Assembly (NCBI GenBank): GCA_951406725.2
Contig: OX597838.1
Span: 3,596,001 to 3,660,000 of the forward strand
Direction of reading: 5' to 3'
Origin: Octopus vulgaris
Lineage: Eukaryota
DNA: 64,000 nt
In this document: piece by piece, positions 1 to 55,727 of the stretch
Layout of the letters: every line of letters begins with the position of its first letter
Numbering within the stretch: position 1 is the first letter of the stretch
Notes under the pieces: model-generated
Databases searched by the model: none
Told to the model about the DNA's origin: nothing
Seen by the model: the letters and a program-made list of their open reading frames with translations, nothing else
Made by a program: the position numbers and the translations under genes

Positions 1-1368
1 AAACAAAAACACTGAATTTTGATGAAACTGGGGAACGTTCTGACCGAAACGTCAGAGAGAACTTACTTAAAGATAGGTTAAACCAACATATACAATCTTG
101 TGACGCTATCAGTGGTGGTGATGGCGGAGGTAGTGATGGTGTGTCAATGTACGTGTGATATTGTCTAGTACTACGTTGCTCCTGATCCAACAGCACTCTG
201 GTCATGACCATCCTGTATTATTTTAATCATAGTCTATTTATCACCGACTATTTTATCTAATTTTCTAAATCCATGATTACATCCAACGTGTTCTTTTCTA
301 AGACTGTAAGCTGTATTTTGAGGGATGTTTGGCTGATATTTCTAGCAGGCCCAGCGACTGCCTAGAGCAGTGGTTCTCGACCATTTTAATATCTGGGCCA
401 GATACAAAACCTGGGCTTTTGTTAGGGGGGCGCACCAGAAAAAAATAAAGGGCGAGTCAGTTCAAGAAAAATTTGTTATATTTATTGAGGGAAGACTGTC
501 GGGAGCCGCCGGAAGGATGCTTGAGGGCCACATGCGTCCCTTGGAACCGCGGTTGAAAAACGCTGACCGAGAGGTTTCCTGTTGCCCTAGTGGTGTTAGC
601 AGTGGTAATCGTGGTGTTCTTGCTTTATGTAACCCCAGTCCAGTCCTGTGATCAGATCAAAGACGTTCCAGCCGAGCCATTTATTCAGACCTTACTGGAT
701 GTATGACCGCATTAGTGAATGTGGCCTTCTATTTTGTAAGACAAGGAGCTGTAGTTTTAAGAGAGATTTGGCTGCTATATCAAACTGGGACAAGAAGGGC
801 GGGGAGTTGGTCCTGTTTGCATTGAGCAGACGTATGATCAAAGGGCTACTCAAGCACTGTTGACCATGGGTTAAATAACAACAGCAACAATAACATCACA
901 AAACATTATCACACATTAACCAAATGGTTAAATACAATCACAGCTCTTATTCTCTTCGTTATATACAAAACTATTCTATCATATAGTCACGTGTCACCAC
1001 AACTGCTATCACATGACCACACACGCACACACACATTCACGCAAACATACACATACACACACATCGTAGGTTCTTATTACTGACGCAGGCTTCATAATTC
1101 CATTTTAGTTTCTCTTCTTCAATTGAGCTCACCATTTCCGAAGACAGCCAGGTGATTATCTCCCTTTCTTCTCTCCTTTTTTTTTTTCGGTGGCTCTTTT
1201 TCTTCTTTGTCCTTTTTCTGTTTGTGTCTTCCGGCTACCAAATAAAAAGTAATAACAATAAACAGTGACAATAAAAAAAATGTAGAAAATATTATTTTAG
1301 GGCAGATTTTCCCTAAAAATATTGGCATCGTGCCAAAATTAGAAAAAATTATTATTATTATTATTATT

Positions 1369-1871
1369 GAGTGAGAGAGCAGTTCATGTCATCAAAGTGA
1401 CACTGGGGTAAAATATACGAAGCCCAGTATACCCATCATGACTACCCGTCATGTGCGCGACATGATGATCTCATCAAGATAAACAGTGCATGACCTTGCA
1501 GGTGGGGCCCAGTTAGAATTTTCTTCTGGTCGAGTAGCCCATCCCGCTCAAAAGGTCCCTGAATAAGGGTTGTTTAAGGATGTTGAACGAAACACCCATG
1601 TTTCCAAAGGTGAATTATTCAAGCCCCAAAGAATCCCACACGGCTATGATGCCCCCCCACCACTGTTTCTGCTCGTGATCAGAGATGCACATATCGTCAG
1701 CCACTAAGGGACATGCTCAACTGGTTATGGTCAAACAACTGACAAGCAAATCTGTGGTATTGAGCAGAATATTTGCTGTAGCCCATCTTTTATACCAAGA
1801 CAAAACAATGTACACGATAACACTTTCAATCAGTTAAGATCAGAAGCCACGAGAGCCACTGCCTGGTACTG
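1369..1871 (+). mobile_element. ~500-bp interspersed repeat flanked by (AAT)n, copy 1
   Basis: Near-identical in reverse orientation to 3760-4287 and 49030-49591. Confidence 0.8.
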
Positions 1872-1878
1872 TTGTTGT

Positions 1879-1935
<57 letters not shown>

Positions 1936-2268
1936 CTGAACCTGGAACCATGTGGTTGGTAAGCTAGCTACTTACCACACAGCCACTCCTGTTGACTTTT
2001 AAACACTTCGTTAGTCTTGTTTACATGCAAAAACCCTCACAACAACAACAACACACCCACCCACACACATTCTTTCTTTTCTCCTCTTCGGCCCAGAATG
2101 CTTTTCTTATATGTAAAGCCTTGTGCTTAACAAAGAAATCTTCTTTCTTTGAATAGTCTTACTTTCATTGTGTGCTTCTTTCGAAAGCAAGTGCAAACTT
2201 TTGCGCCTTTGCGTACGGAACAGCTTTCCAGTCTGCTTTTGCGTTGAATTAAGAAATTATTATTGTCG

Positions 2269-2299
<31 letters not shown>

Positions 2300-2431
2300 T
2301 ATTGTTGTTGTTCTCGTTGTTATTGTTGTTGTTGTTATTATTACTAGTAGTAGTAGTTGGAGTAGCAGTGGTAGTTCTTCCATCAAGCGAATATTATTCT
2401 TTACATTATGTGACAGTGCAGATTGAGGAGA

Positions 2432-2463
<32 letters not shown>

Positions 2464-2818
2464 TGTCGTCGTCGTCGTCGTCGTCGTCATCATCATCATC
2501 ATCATCAACAACAGCGACAACAGCAGCAACGACGGTAACAACCACAGCAACAATACCAACAGTTGCAGCAACAACAACAATAATAATTACGATAATAACC
2601 GTGAAAGAAGCCGACATTGCTGTCGCCGGGAAAGCTGTGAAGCGTGATGACACGTCATTGTCAGGCAGCGAGATCGTTGTCGTTGTTGTTGTTCTCGTTG
2701 TTGTCGCTGTGCATTATGTTAACCCTTTACGCAACAAAGAGTATAAAGAAAGATCGAACGAAAGAAAAATTGTAAAGAATTCCAAATCGCAAGGTGTGAT
2801 TCTGCTGCGTCACACACA

Positions 2819-2875
<57 letters not shown>

Positions 2876-2964
2876 CACCATACACTTGCTCATAACACAA
2901 AAATGTGTTATTGGTTCATCTATATTGTATACACAGAGCTTTCTTTGACAAGAATGTCTTTGTA

Positions 2965-3302
2965 TATATGCATGTATGTATGTATGTATGTATGTATGTA
3001 TGTATGTATGTATGTATGTATGTATGTGTGTATGCTTGTATGTATGTATGTGTGTATGCTTATATGTATGTATGTATGTATGTATGTATATATGCATGTA
3101 TGTATGTATGTATGTATGCATGCATGTATGTATGTATGTATGTATGTATGTATGTGTGTATGTATGTATGTATGTATGTATGTATGCATGCATGTATGTA
3201 TGTATGTATGTATGTATGCATGCATGTATGTATGTATGTATGTATGCATGCATGTATGTATGTATGTATGTATGTATGTATGTATGTATGTATGTATGTA
3301 TG

Positions 3303-3336
<34 letters not shown>

Positions 3337-3470
3337 TATATATATATATATATATACATACATACATATATATATATACATACATACATATATATATATA
3401 TCTATATATGTTTATATATATATATATATAAACATATATAGACATATATATGTGTGTATATATATGCATA
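2965..3470. repeat. (ATGT)n/(AT)n microsatellite
   Basis: Direct inspection. Confidence 0.95.
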
Positions 3471-3615
3471 CATAGTCATACACTCTTTCACACATTCACA
3501 TATGTGTTATTATATTTGTTATATAAGGAAAGTTATAAAACCCCAAAACAGAGCGACGCCATTGTATCTACTTACATTATTTTTTGCAGCGTCTGTGTGC
3601 CTGTGTTGTGGAGGA

Positions 3616-43846
<40,231 letters not shown>

Positions 43847-43993
43847 GCTTTTATTTCATTCCTCTACAGTAATTATTACTAAACTGCCTCTCTCTCCTCT
43901 CGATTCCAACTCCTGCCTCCAATCGATACAACAAGCAGCTCCGTCAGGTTTATTCTTCGTTCGTATATTTTTTTTTTCTCTCCAAATACTCGT

Positions 43994-44413
43994 TAATCCA
44001 GGAATATATTTTCTGTTACTGCTGTAACCGGCAAATACACCGTATCTGATGTCGCGTTAAATTGGATTCCAGCAGAGTTTTAGAATTCATAAATACAATA
44101 TATATCCATTTAGTGGACGCTAATCCCGCTGGATTTCTCAACAAACATTAATAAACTTGGATTAATACTCTTCTATAGTTTTGTTGTTAATCGTTAATCC
44201 GGTGGTTATATGTATAAATATAAGTATATATATATATTTATATATATTTATTTATACATATATATGTATATCTTTATGTTATCCGAATGTGTGTCACTAT
44301 GTATGTGTGTATGTGCGTGTGTCCATGTGGGAAATTGAGATCTTTTTAATCCTTAATCCAGTATATATATAATCCACACAATGGTCACTCTTCGTATCTT
44401 GGAAACTGGATTA
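43994..44413. promoter_or_regulatory. Cluster of 8 TAATCC/GGATTA K50-homeodomain-type motifs upstream of the gene 1 ATG
   Basis: Sites at 43994, 44121, 44159, 44195, 44347, 44354, 44370 and 44408, in non-repetitive sequence 150-570 bp 5' of the predicted start codon. Confidence 0.55.
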
Positions 44414-45884
44414 AGGAATAAAAAATGTCAAAAAAGAAAATGGAAGAAAAAAGAAAGAAGAGAAATTAAACTGAGTGATTGAGGACGTTTTGTTTTGTGT
44501 AACGTTATTGTTGTTGTTGTTGTTGTTGTTGTGGAGGTGATTGTTGTTGTTGTTGTTGTTGTTTGTTGAAATCTCCCAGAAGTCTTTGCAACAACTTCGT
44601 TAGTTTTTTTAGAAGTCAGAGCAACAACCCAAAAGGCCTGGAGGAGCTGTCAGCTTTATTAATCAATAGAACGGACGATCAGAGCGGATGGGGAGGAGGA
44701 AGAGGAGAAAGAAACGAGTGAGGAGGTGGGTAAAAGCAGGGAGAGAGAGAGAACTGGAGAGAGTGGTAGGAGGAGGAGAATGGAGTTTGAATGAAAGAAG
44801 AGGAAGAGAGAAAGAGAGAAAGAGAGAGAGAGAGAGAGAGAGGAGGCTAGAAAGAGTGAGAGAGAGAGGGGGGCTAGAAAGAGTATGTGTTGGTATGTGT
44901 GTTTGGGTTGTTGTGGAATGTGTGTGTGTGAGCGTCTGTGTGTGTGTGTGTGTGTGTGTTCGTAGCTTTGGGTGTCGTTCTTTCTCTCACTCTCACAGCC
45001 ACTCTCTCCGTTTCTGTCTTTCTGTCTTTGTTCTCTGTTTCTCTCTGTCGCTTTATATCTCCCCACCTCTCTCTCTCTCTCTTTCACACGCATATACACA
45101 CACACTCTCTCTCTTTCTCTCTGTGTGTGTGATTGAAGAAAGAATAAGAGAGTGTGAAACAATATAAACAGGTTTGTAGGGTGTGAGGACGTCGAAATAG
45201 AGATTGAGATAGAGAGAGGGAGAGAGAGATGAGGAGGAGGAGGTGAGAAATAGAGAAAGGACGAGAACGAGAAAGAGAGACGCAGAGAGTGAAGAGGCAG
45301 AGAGAGAGAGAGAAAGAGAGGAAGAGAGAGAGAGAATGGAGGGAGGTAATGACGAAAAGAAGAAGAGGGAATTAATGGATATAGGATAATGGATGTAGGG
45401 GAAAGAGAGAGAGAGAGAAGTAGAGAGAGGGAGTGAGAGAGAGAGTGAGAGAGAGAGAGAGAAAGAGTAAGAGAAGAGAAGGAAATGATTGACAGGAAAT
45501 AGTAGGGCAGGGGTGTTGAAAAAGAGAGTAAGAAAGCGTATGTGTGTATGAATCTGTGTGTGTGAGGGAGAGAGAGAGAGGGATGATGACAGAGAGGAGG
45601 GTTGGTAGTGAAAACAGTGATTAATATTAATAGTGGATAGGTGAGGGGGGGGGCAAGCAGGCAGGATCGTCTGCACGCCGGACAAAATGGTGTGACGCCG
45701 GACAAAATGCTTAGCGGCATTTCGTCTGTCTTTATGTTCTGATTTCAAATTCTACCAAGGTCGACTTTGCTTTTCATCCATCCGGGGTCGATGTGTACTC
45801 GACTTACCCTCCCTCCTGAAATTGCTGGCCTCAAGCCAAGATTTGGGTGGGGAGAGAGACTTTGCGAGTGAGAGAGAGTGATGA

Positions 45885-45967
<83 letters not shown>

Positions 45968-46295
45968 ACGTAGAAGAGTGAGTGGGAGAGCGAGAGACAC
46001 ACTAAAGGAGAGTTAAAGAGAGAGTGATTATGGGTACAAATCAAGAATCTCTTTTGGTTCTGTATGATTTGTTACTTAAGAACTCTGTGTGTATGTGTGT
46101 GTGCGTGTGTGTATGTGTGAGTGTGTGTGTGTGTACGTGTGTGTGTTGTGTACGTGTGTGTGTGCTTGTGATGGTGTGAATGTGTCTCGGGGTACATGAA
46201 TGTGTATATATTTGTGCATGTGAGATAGATGGAGACAGAGACAGATAGAGAGAGTGACAAGAAACAGAGAGAGAGAGAGAGAGAGGCAGACAGAC

Positions 46296-46334
<39 letters not shown>

Positions 46335-47358
46335 GGGAGTAAGAGACAAAATAACGGTGAGAAAGTCAAAATGTCGTCTGCCTACGTAAGTAAAGACGAC
46401 GATTTGTAAGTGAAATGAAATGAAAAATAACAATGAAAAAAAAAATCAAGGAAAGAATGAAGGAAAAAGCTGCCTGACAAGTATGGTGAACGATCTAAAC
46501 CCATTCATCATCGTTTCAGGCCCAGGAGGAAAAATTTTATTTATTTATTTTATTTATTTCTTTTTGATTTGACTGTCGCAAAACTTGTATTTCGGGTTTC
46601 GTTTGTTCAAAAGAATAACAAAGAAGTTTAAAAAAAAAAAATGAAGAAAGAATGCAGATTGTGGTGTGTCTCAGAAGCATTAAGTATTTTACAGGATATT
46701 TTAATCTAAAATATGGACAGTTCTATCGTTTTTAAAGCAAGTAAAGATTTTATACAGGCTGGTTGTGTGGTAAGCTTTCTTCTAAATCTAATGGTTTCCG
46801 CTTCAGTCCCATTACATGTCACCTTGGACAAGTTCCTTCTCGTATAAACCCTGGGTCGACCAAAGCCTTATGAGTGGAGCTGATAGACGGAAACGGAAAG
46901 AAACCCGAAATCCCCCACAGACATAATGCATGTATATATGTATGCATATATATGTGTGTATGTCTTCGAGTCTGTGTTGATAAAAAGAAATTCCTGTTGT
47001 GACCATCACGTATATTTTGAAGTCTATATAGGAGTGCATTCTTTAATATGATCTTCTGTTTTTAGGGTGTGAATTATATATATATATGAAAGTAAACTAT
47101 ATGGGAAAGAGGGTTTGAAAATGCAAAGGTCTTTTAAAGATGTTTATCGACTTGAAGCATACATAAGATGGGATTCTTTCAGTTTCCATCTAGCAAATCC
47201 ACTCACAAGTCTTTAGTCGGGCCGAGGCTATAGCAGAAGACACTTGCCCAAGGTGTCACGCAGTGGGACTGAACTCGGAACCATGTGGCTCGGAAGCAAG
47301 CCCCTTACCACACAGCCACGCCCCTGACTATAAGGCTGTGTGAGTGAGAAAGATATAT

Positions 47359-47481
<123 letters not shown>

Positions 47482-47963
47482 TAGGTGAATGAATTATCCT
47501 AGTATTGATAATTCGGTTAATCGATACCTGGGTAGCAAATTCACGTCAGAAAACACGGTTGAAGCAACTTGTCAAGGGCAGAAACCCCGTGTTCTTGTGT
47601 GGTAATTTGTGTATTATTTAAAATGAATAAAAGAATGGAGTCGAACGAAGATTTTTAACACAATTCCTTTACTTCCAACACATGTTTCGAACATTGCATA
47701 TTCTTAATTCCGGCAGTCTTCGAAACATGTGTTGGAAGTAAAGGAATTGTGTTAAAATCTTCGTTCGACTCCATTCTTTTTATTCATTATATATATATAT
47801 ATATATATAGCGAGAGATAGATAGAGAGAGAGAAGACAGAGTCAAGCAGTGACAGAGATAGAGAGAACGGGAGCTATAGATAAAGAGAAAGAAAGACATA
47901 GATATTTAGGCGGACAGACATACAGATAGATAGATATATAAGTTAAATGATATATATACATAT

Positions 47964-48041
<78 letters not shown>

Positions 48042-48227
48042 ATTACGTTATATAATTAGGGTTCAGTAAAATAATTTACTTTACCACACACGGAACTTTT
48101 AAAAATAGCAGCCCAAAAATCTTAGCTATTTCTTCTACTATAAGAAAAATTTCCCAGACAATGCATACTCAAAAATAACTCACGCAGGTATAGAGGGAAA
48201 AATAACGAAAGATCACACGTACATTGA

Positions 48228-48302
<75 letters not shown>

Positions 48303-48668
48303 AAGAAGGAAAGAAAGAAAGAAAGAAAGAGAGACCTTGATAGATTAATAGATAGACGGATGGATAGAAAGGGAGCATGAGAGAGAAATGCATAGCTGTT
48401 TTGTGTTTGTGGGAATCTAAATTTAAGTGAGACATGATGCATCTTCGAAACAATCTTCCCACAACCGCACCCAACACAGTAAAAAATGACCACCAGAAGA
48501 CAGAGATTCGACATTACACGGGGATTCTTGAGCTATTCTTAGCTTTTTTCTTGCCTGGTTGCATTCTTTGTTTGACTCATGGCAAAGTGCCTTCTGGAAA
48601 TAATGGGAATAAACCTTTATGACAATGCGTTAGCTCAATCATGATGACGAATGGGAAGCGAAATGCTC

Positions 48669-48729
<61 letters not shown>

Positions 48730-48731
48730 TG

Positions 48732-48839
<108 letters not shown>

Positions 48840-48980
48840 GAACGAACTAGTGAGTTTAGTTTAATGGCCTACCAATGTATACTATGAGTTTCTTTGCCCT
48901 AGGAGTCGGGAAGACACTCGGCAAGAAATGGAAGCAAATTTGAAAGAAGAAGAAAAAAAAAGATAATAATAATAATAATG

Positions 48981-49029
<49 letters not shown>

Positions 49030-49031
<2 letters not shown>

Positions 49032-49591
49032 GTCCCGATGCAGTACCTTTAATGCCCTAATGCAGTACCAGGCAGTGACTCTCATGGCTTCTGATCTTAA
49101 CTGTACATTGTTTTGTCTTGGCATAAAAGATAGGCTACAGCAAATATTCTGCTCAATACCACAGATTTGCTTGTCAGTTGTTTGACCATAACCAGTTGAG
49201 CATGTCCCTTAGTGGCTGACGATATGTGCATCTCTGATCATGAACAGAAGTAGTGGGTGGGGGTATTATAGCCGTGTGTTGAGAGGAATTCTTTGAGGTT
49301 TGGATAATTCACCTTTAGAAACATGGGTGTTTCGTTCAACATCCTTAAACAACCCTTATTCAGGGACCTTTTGAGCGGGATGGGCTACTCGACTAGAAGA
49401 AAATTCTAACTGGGCCCCACCTGCAAGGTCATGCGCTGTTTATCTTGATATGAGATCACCATGTCGCGCACATATGGTTGTGATGCATGTGCATGGTGTA
49501 CCCTTATCAGACGGATAGCCATGATGGGTATACTGGGCTTCGTATATTTTACCCCAGTGTCACTTTGATCCCATGCACTGCTCCCTCACTC
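49030..49591 (-). mobile_element. ~500-bp interspersed repeat, copy 3
   Basis: Direct match to 3760-4287. Confidence 0.8.
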
Positions 49592-50400
49592 AATAATAAT
49601 AGTAATCCTTTCTATTATAGGGATAAGGCCTGGAATTTAGTGGGAAGGGGTTAGTCGATTAGAAGGACCCCAGTATGGTACTGGTACTTTATTTATCAAA
49701 TCTGTGGTATTGAGCAGAATATTTGCTCTAGCCCATCTTTTATACCATATTATTATCATTATTATTATTAATTATTATTATTATCAATTATTATTATTAT
49801 TATCATTATTATTATTATTATTATTATTATCATTATTATTATTATTATTATTATTATCATTATTATTATTATTATAAATGAATCACTTTTGAGACATTTG
49901 AATCACCTTTTCTGAAATTTTACTGACGATTCTGTTGTTGTTTGTTGTTTCTGTTGCTGCAGTTGTTGTTGTTGTTGTTCATCTTTCTCTTCCTCCGCCC
50001 TCCTTCATATTGTTTCTCTCTCTCTCTCTCTCTCTTCCCCCCTCTCTCTCTCTCTCACACCACTTTTCTTCCCTTTAATTCTCTTTAGAACTTTAGGAAT
50101 TTTTAACAATCTATGTATTATAAACGATAAAAATAATTGAAGAAAAAAATATATCCACACACCCATCATAAAAAAATATGAATAAAACTTATTCATCATT
50201 ATTTAAACACTACAATATTTTTTATTATCACTGCTGCTGCTGTTGCTGCTGCTGCTGCAGTTGTTGTTGACGTAGTGGTTGTTGTTATTGCTGTTGTTGC
50301 TGCTATTGTTGTCGTCCATTTAGGTCTTCCGTTTTCTGATTTCCTTCTCTTTCACTGTAGTTATTGTTTAAATATCTTTAATAACACACACATATGTATG

Positions 50401-50448
<48 letters not shown>

Positions 50449-50568
50449 TGTATATATGTATACATTTATACATACACACACACACACATATATACATATA
50501 TACATATACACATACACACACATACTCACATATAACACATACGCACACATATATGTATGTATATATAC

Positions 50569-50625
<57 letters not shown>

Positions 50626-51255
50626 CATATAAATATATATATATATATATAAAATAATATGTTACATTACTCGATGGTCAAGATAAAACTCTAATATTGA
50701 GGTCTGTTTCTTTCTTTTGTTATCTTACCGTTTTACCAATATATATATATTGCCTTATATTTTCTCAAGCCAGCAACACTGCAACCCACGTATTTCTCTC
50801 CATTTGTAATTCGGATGTCACGCAGTTCACACCAACCGACCCACCGGTTAAAGACTTTTTATTGTTGCTTCTGTTGTTGTTGTTGTTGTTCCTGTTTTTC
50901 TTGTTGGTGGCTGCATGCTTTGGATTTTTGAATTTTTGTGTGGTTTTGTATGTATTGGGGTGTGTTTGTGTGTATAGCCAACATTTCTGCTGATGCCCCA
51001 GCATGGTCACTGCCTTCAGGCTGAATCACACAAGCTAAAAATATATACTTACGTGTTTACGTACAGACACACATACATACAAACATACATACATACATAC
51101 ATACATACATACATTCATACATACATACACACACATACATACATACATACATACATACATACATACACACACACATACATATATACATACACACATACAT
51201 ACATACACACATACATACAACATACATATATACATACATACATACATACATACAC

Positions 51256-51300
<45 letters not shown>

Positions 51301-51399
51301 CATACATACATACATACATACATACATACATACATACATACATACATACATACAATATATATATATATATATATATAATATAATATTATATAAACTTAG

Positions 51400-51720
51400 A
51401 GCTTAGAAACTTCGATATGTTTCGACCAAAGATTGGTCCAGGCCACGTCTAACTTAATAGCACCACCTGATAGGATTATCTAAATCCTGTTTAAGTCAAG
51501 TTTTGTTTATGGTCCATTCAAGTAGTGAGTTTTTGTTGGGTGAGTTGTATCCAATTATGGGTGGCTTATCTGGTATTCCTTGAAGGAATCTATCCAGACA
51601 CCGTTTAAAGTTGATGGGATCCTATTCCTCTTTGATCTCTTTCGGGACAATGTTAAATAGGGCAGGGCCTGTTGAGGAAAAGAAATTATGTTGCAGTGTA
51701 CATGTATGCATAGATTCTAA
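51400..51720 (-). mobile_element. LINE (CR1/L2-group-like) ORF2 C-terminal relic
   Basis: HNFFSSTGPALFNIVPKEIKEE*DPINFKRCLDRFLQGIPDKP..GY....NSLLEW matches the typical non-LTR ORF2 C-terminal pattern. Confidence 0.6.
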
Positions 51721-51811
51721 ACAGAAATGTCCGACGAATGGAACGTGAAACTCTGAGTAACAGGTTTTGTGATATTTTTGTTGCTTTTTAATAAAGTGTA
51801 TATAAACACAG

Positions 51812-51858
<47 letters not shown>

Positions 51859-51942
51859 CATATACATATATGTAGCTATATATGTATATATGTGTGTATA
51901 TACATATATGTAGGTATATATATATATAAGTATATAAATCTA

Positions 51943-51995
<53 letters not shown>

Positions 51996-52142
51996 AAGCG
52001 TAGGAGTGGCTGTATGGTAAGTAGCTTGCTTACGAACAACATGGTTCCGGGTTCACCTTGGGCAAGTGTCTTCTACTATAGCCTCGGGCCGACCAAAGCC
52101 TTCTAAGTGGATTTGGTAGACGGAAACTGAAAGAAGCCTGTC

Positions 52143-52200
<58 letters not shown>

Positions 52201-53907
52201 ATGTGTGTGTGTATGTTTGTGTGTCTGTGTTTGTCCCACCAACATCGCTTGACAACCGATGCTGGTCTGTTTACGCCTCAGTAAGTTATCGGTTCGGAAA
52301 AAGAGACCGGTAGAATAAGTACTAGGCTTACAAAGAACTGGCTGCTGGGGGTGTCTGTCTCCCCTTCGTAAATATATAAGGACACAGGAAAAAAAAATGT
52401 GTCGAAGCCATCAGGAAGCGTCGATGCTTCCTAGGGCTAAACAGCGGTGGTGTAATCCCCTACTGTCACGTTCACGTTAAATTGACAGTTTACAACCATT
52501 CTATCGCCCCACCACCGTAAATATCTCTATGAGATATTTAGAAATTTAATATTTCTGATACACACACACACACACACACACACATACGTATACATACATA
52601 CATAATATATTGCAACTATTTTTTTTTCACATTTTTAACAAAAATATTTCCAGATTGTTCGTTTCTTTTTCTTTCTTTCTTTCTTTGTTATTTTTTAGAA
52701 TTGTCTTTCGATGACAATGCTTACAATGATGATGGTTAGACAACGACAACGACAACAACGACAGTGTTGTTGTTGATGATGATGATGATGATGACGGTGA
52801 CGGTGCAGTGAACGACATTGATTTCAAAGGAACCACTACGTCGTGAAATTGCGAAATGTCATAAAACCCGTCGCCATTGTTCAGCCCTAGGCCGGCACTG
52901 ATCAAGCACACCTACCATACAAACTCATTGTATTGTTTGTGTTTCTTTTTTTTCGTGAATGATGTCATCTAGACCAATGCATCTCCAACTATCTGAAGTG
53001 GGTTACCAGCAGTCTTTTCTCTCCAATGTGCCAGGGACGGGGTACCAGCAGTCTTTTCTCTCCAGTGTGCCAGGGACAAGTAATATTTCTTAGTAATATT
53101 AATTTAGACCAGAAACAATATATATAAGGAATATGATAAACATCGACAAATATCTTTTATCTTATATTTAAATCATAAACAAATAATACAATATTACACA
53201 AGCATTTTATAAACATTTTATAAGCATTTTATAAGCATTTTATGTTGTTTCTTTCTTTTCTTATTTCTTTACTGCCCACAAGGGGCTACACACAGAGGGG
53301 ACAAACAAGGACAGACAAAGGGATGGTTCTTATTTAATCGACCCCGAAAGGATGAAAGGCAAAGTTGACCTCGGCGGAATTTGAACCCAGAACAGCGGCA
53401 GACGAAATAACTATTTTTTTACTACCCACAAGGGGCTAAACACAGAGAGGACAAACAAGGACAGACAAGGGGATTAAGTCGATTATATCGATCCCAGTGT
53501 GTAACTGGTACTTATTTAATCGACCCCGAAAGGATGAAAGCCAAAGTCGACCTCGGCGGAATTTGAACTCAGAATGTAACGGCAGACGAAATACGGCTAC
53601 GCATTTCGCCCGGCGTGCTAACGATTCTGCCAGGTCGCCGTCTTTTTTTCTTTTCTGGACCCTCGCCGCGTACCGCCGGCTGATGGCTCGCGGACCGGCA
53701 CCGGTCTGTGAACCACCACTTTGAGTATCGCTAATCTATATTATAATATCCGGTGTCCTTCAGATTGTAAAGCATGATTTGAGGGAGAATTGGCTGTTAT
53801 TTGTAGCTGGCCGAATGGCCATGTAGTAACACTCTTTTTAGCTTCACATCAAAATACATATGCACATACACACCCACATATACACACATATATATCAATA
53901 TATATCA

Positions 53908-53938
<31 letters not shown>

Positions 53939-54078
53939 AGTAGTTGAATGAATTATCTTATTAAGGATAATTCGAAAGATAACCGATACTTGGGAATTAG
54001 GAATATGCAACCTTCGAAACATATGTCGAGAATAAACGATATTTGTTAACTAGTCGTTCAACTCCATTCTTTCATATA

Positions 54079-54129
<51 letters not shown>

Positions 54130-54448
54130 TATATATTTATATACAGGTATTTGAGGACATTACTTTTTGGGGTCATTGCATATATATATGTATGCATGTA
54201 TGTATATCTGGGTGTGTGACTTTTTGTCTGTTTGTGATCCCCCATCACCACTTGACAACCGGTTTTGGTGTGTTTACGTCCCCGTAACTTAGCGGTTAGG
54301 CAAGAATAAGTATTAAGCTTCAAAAATAAATCTCTGGGATCGATTTGTTCGAGTAGAACCCTTCAAGGCGGTGCTCCAGCATGGCCACAGTCAAATGACT
54401 GAAACAAGTAAAGGAATGAAAATTTAAAAGAAGATATATGTGTGTGTG

Positions 54449-54488
<40 letters not shown>

Positions 54489-54637
54489 CACGCACACATA
54501 CATATATACATATATGCATACATATATATATGTATATATATACATATATATATATATATACACGCACACATACATATATACATATATGCATACATATATA
54601 TATGTATATAAATATATTTATGTATATATATATGTAA

Positions 54638-54681
<44 letters not shown>

Positions 54682-54694
54682 GTATATATATATG

Positions 54695-54754
<60 letters not shown>

Positions 54755-55085
54755 GGTGTCTTTAAGAGCTTTGGGGAAGGAAATTAGTCAGGTTTTCAAT
54801 GCTATTTTCTGTTCTTACAAATCAGAACTCTGAAGGACGAAGCCAGTATTTTCGGCTGGTGACACACAATGAAATAACATAAAGAAATAAATCTACGAGT
54901 CCCACGACCCGATCACATCATTCATAGCTCATCGTCGTTTTCACACGCGTTATTTGTCAGGGAGACTCCACCCAACCTTATTCTTGCTTCGAGATGTCCT
55001 CCCACGTCCGTGTCAAGACGAGCGCAGAGAATGTCTTCGTACTTTAACATATTTTAGTCAACGACTGTATTTAATATATGCGATG

Positions 55086-55178
<93 letters not shown>

Positions 55179-55339
55179 CTAGGTCTTTGAGTATCACGAG
55201 GGCTAGAGATGGGAGCGATAAACTTCCATTGCTTATACTATACGGACACAAACTGTGTGACGATGGACACCTTGAAACAGTAGTAACATCGATCTTGTAT
55301 AGGGCTGCCACATTCAGTTGGCAAATAAACTTTACTATA

Positions 55340-55393
<54 letters not shown>

Positions 55394-55634
55394 TCGTTTT
55401 GGGATTTGGTTTGCAAGATTCTTTGTATGAGTTCGTGTGTTGAAGCATATTCTGTTGTGTCTGGAGAGAATCATTTTCTTTTTGCGCCTTATAATGTAAC
55501 ACACTCACCGGTAAAATTTCCACGTATTTTTTATTTTTATTTTCCTAAATTTTTCGTTGCGTCTTGCAACCTTACCGGTGAGTGTGTTAAATTATAAGGC
55601 ACAAAAAGAAAATGACTCTCCCCCAGGCAAAACA

Positions 55635-55681
<47 letters not shown>

Positions 55682-55727
55682 AGTATATATATATATATAT
55701 ATATACATAAATATACGCACACACACA

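Noticed and set aside
15-60. tgatga...gaaacgtc hammerhead-like motif at the window start
   Set aside because: The core lacks the conserved C3 and stems I and II are unconvincing.
2249-3475. Long ORFs such as MYVC/HTYI/poly-I/poly-V here and throughout the window
   Set aside because: They are translations of (ATGT)n, (AT)n, (AAT)n and (GGT)n microsatellites with no coding signal.
44659-45748. 353-aa and 231-aa ORFs
   Set aside because: They are low-complexity (GA)n/(GT)n sequence.
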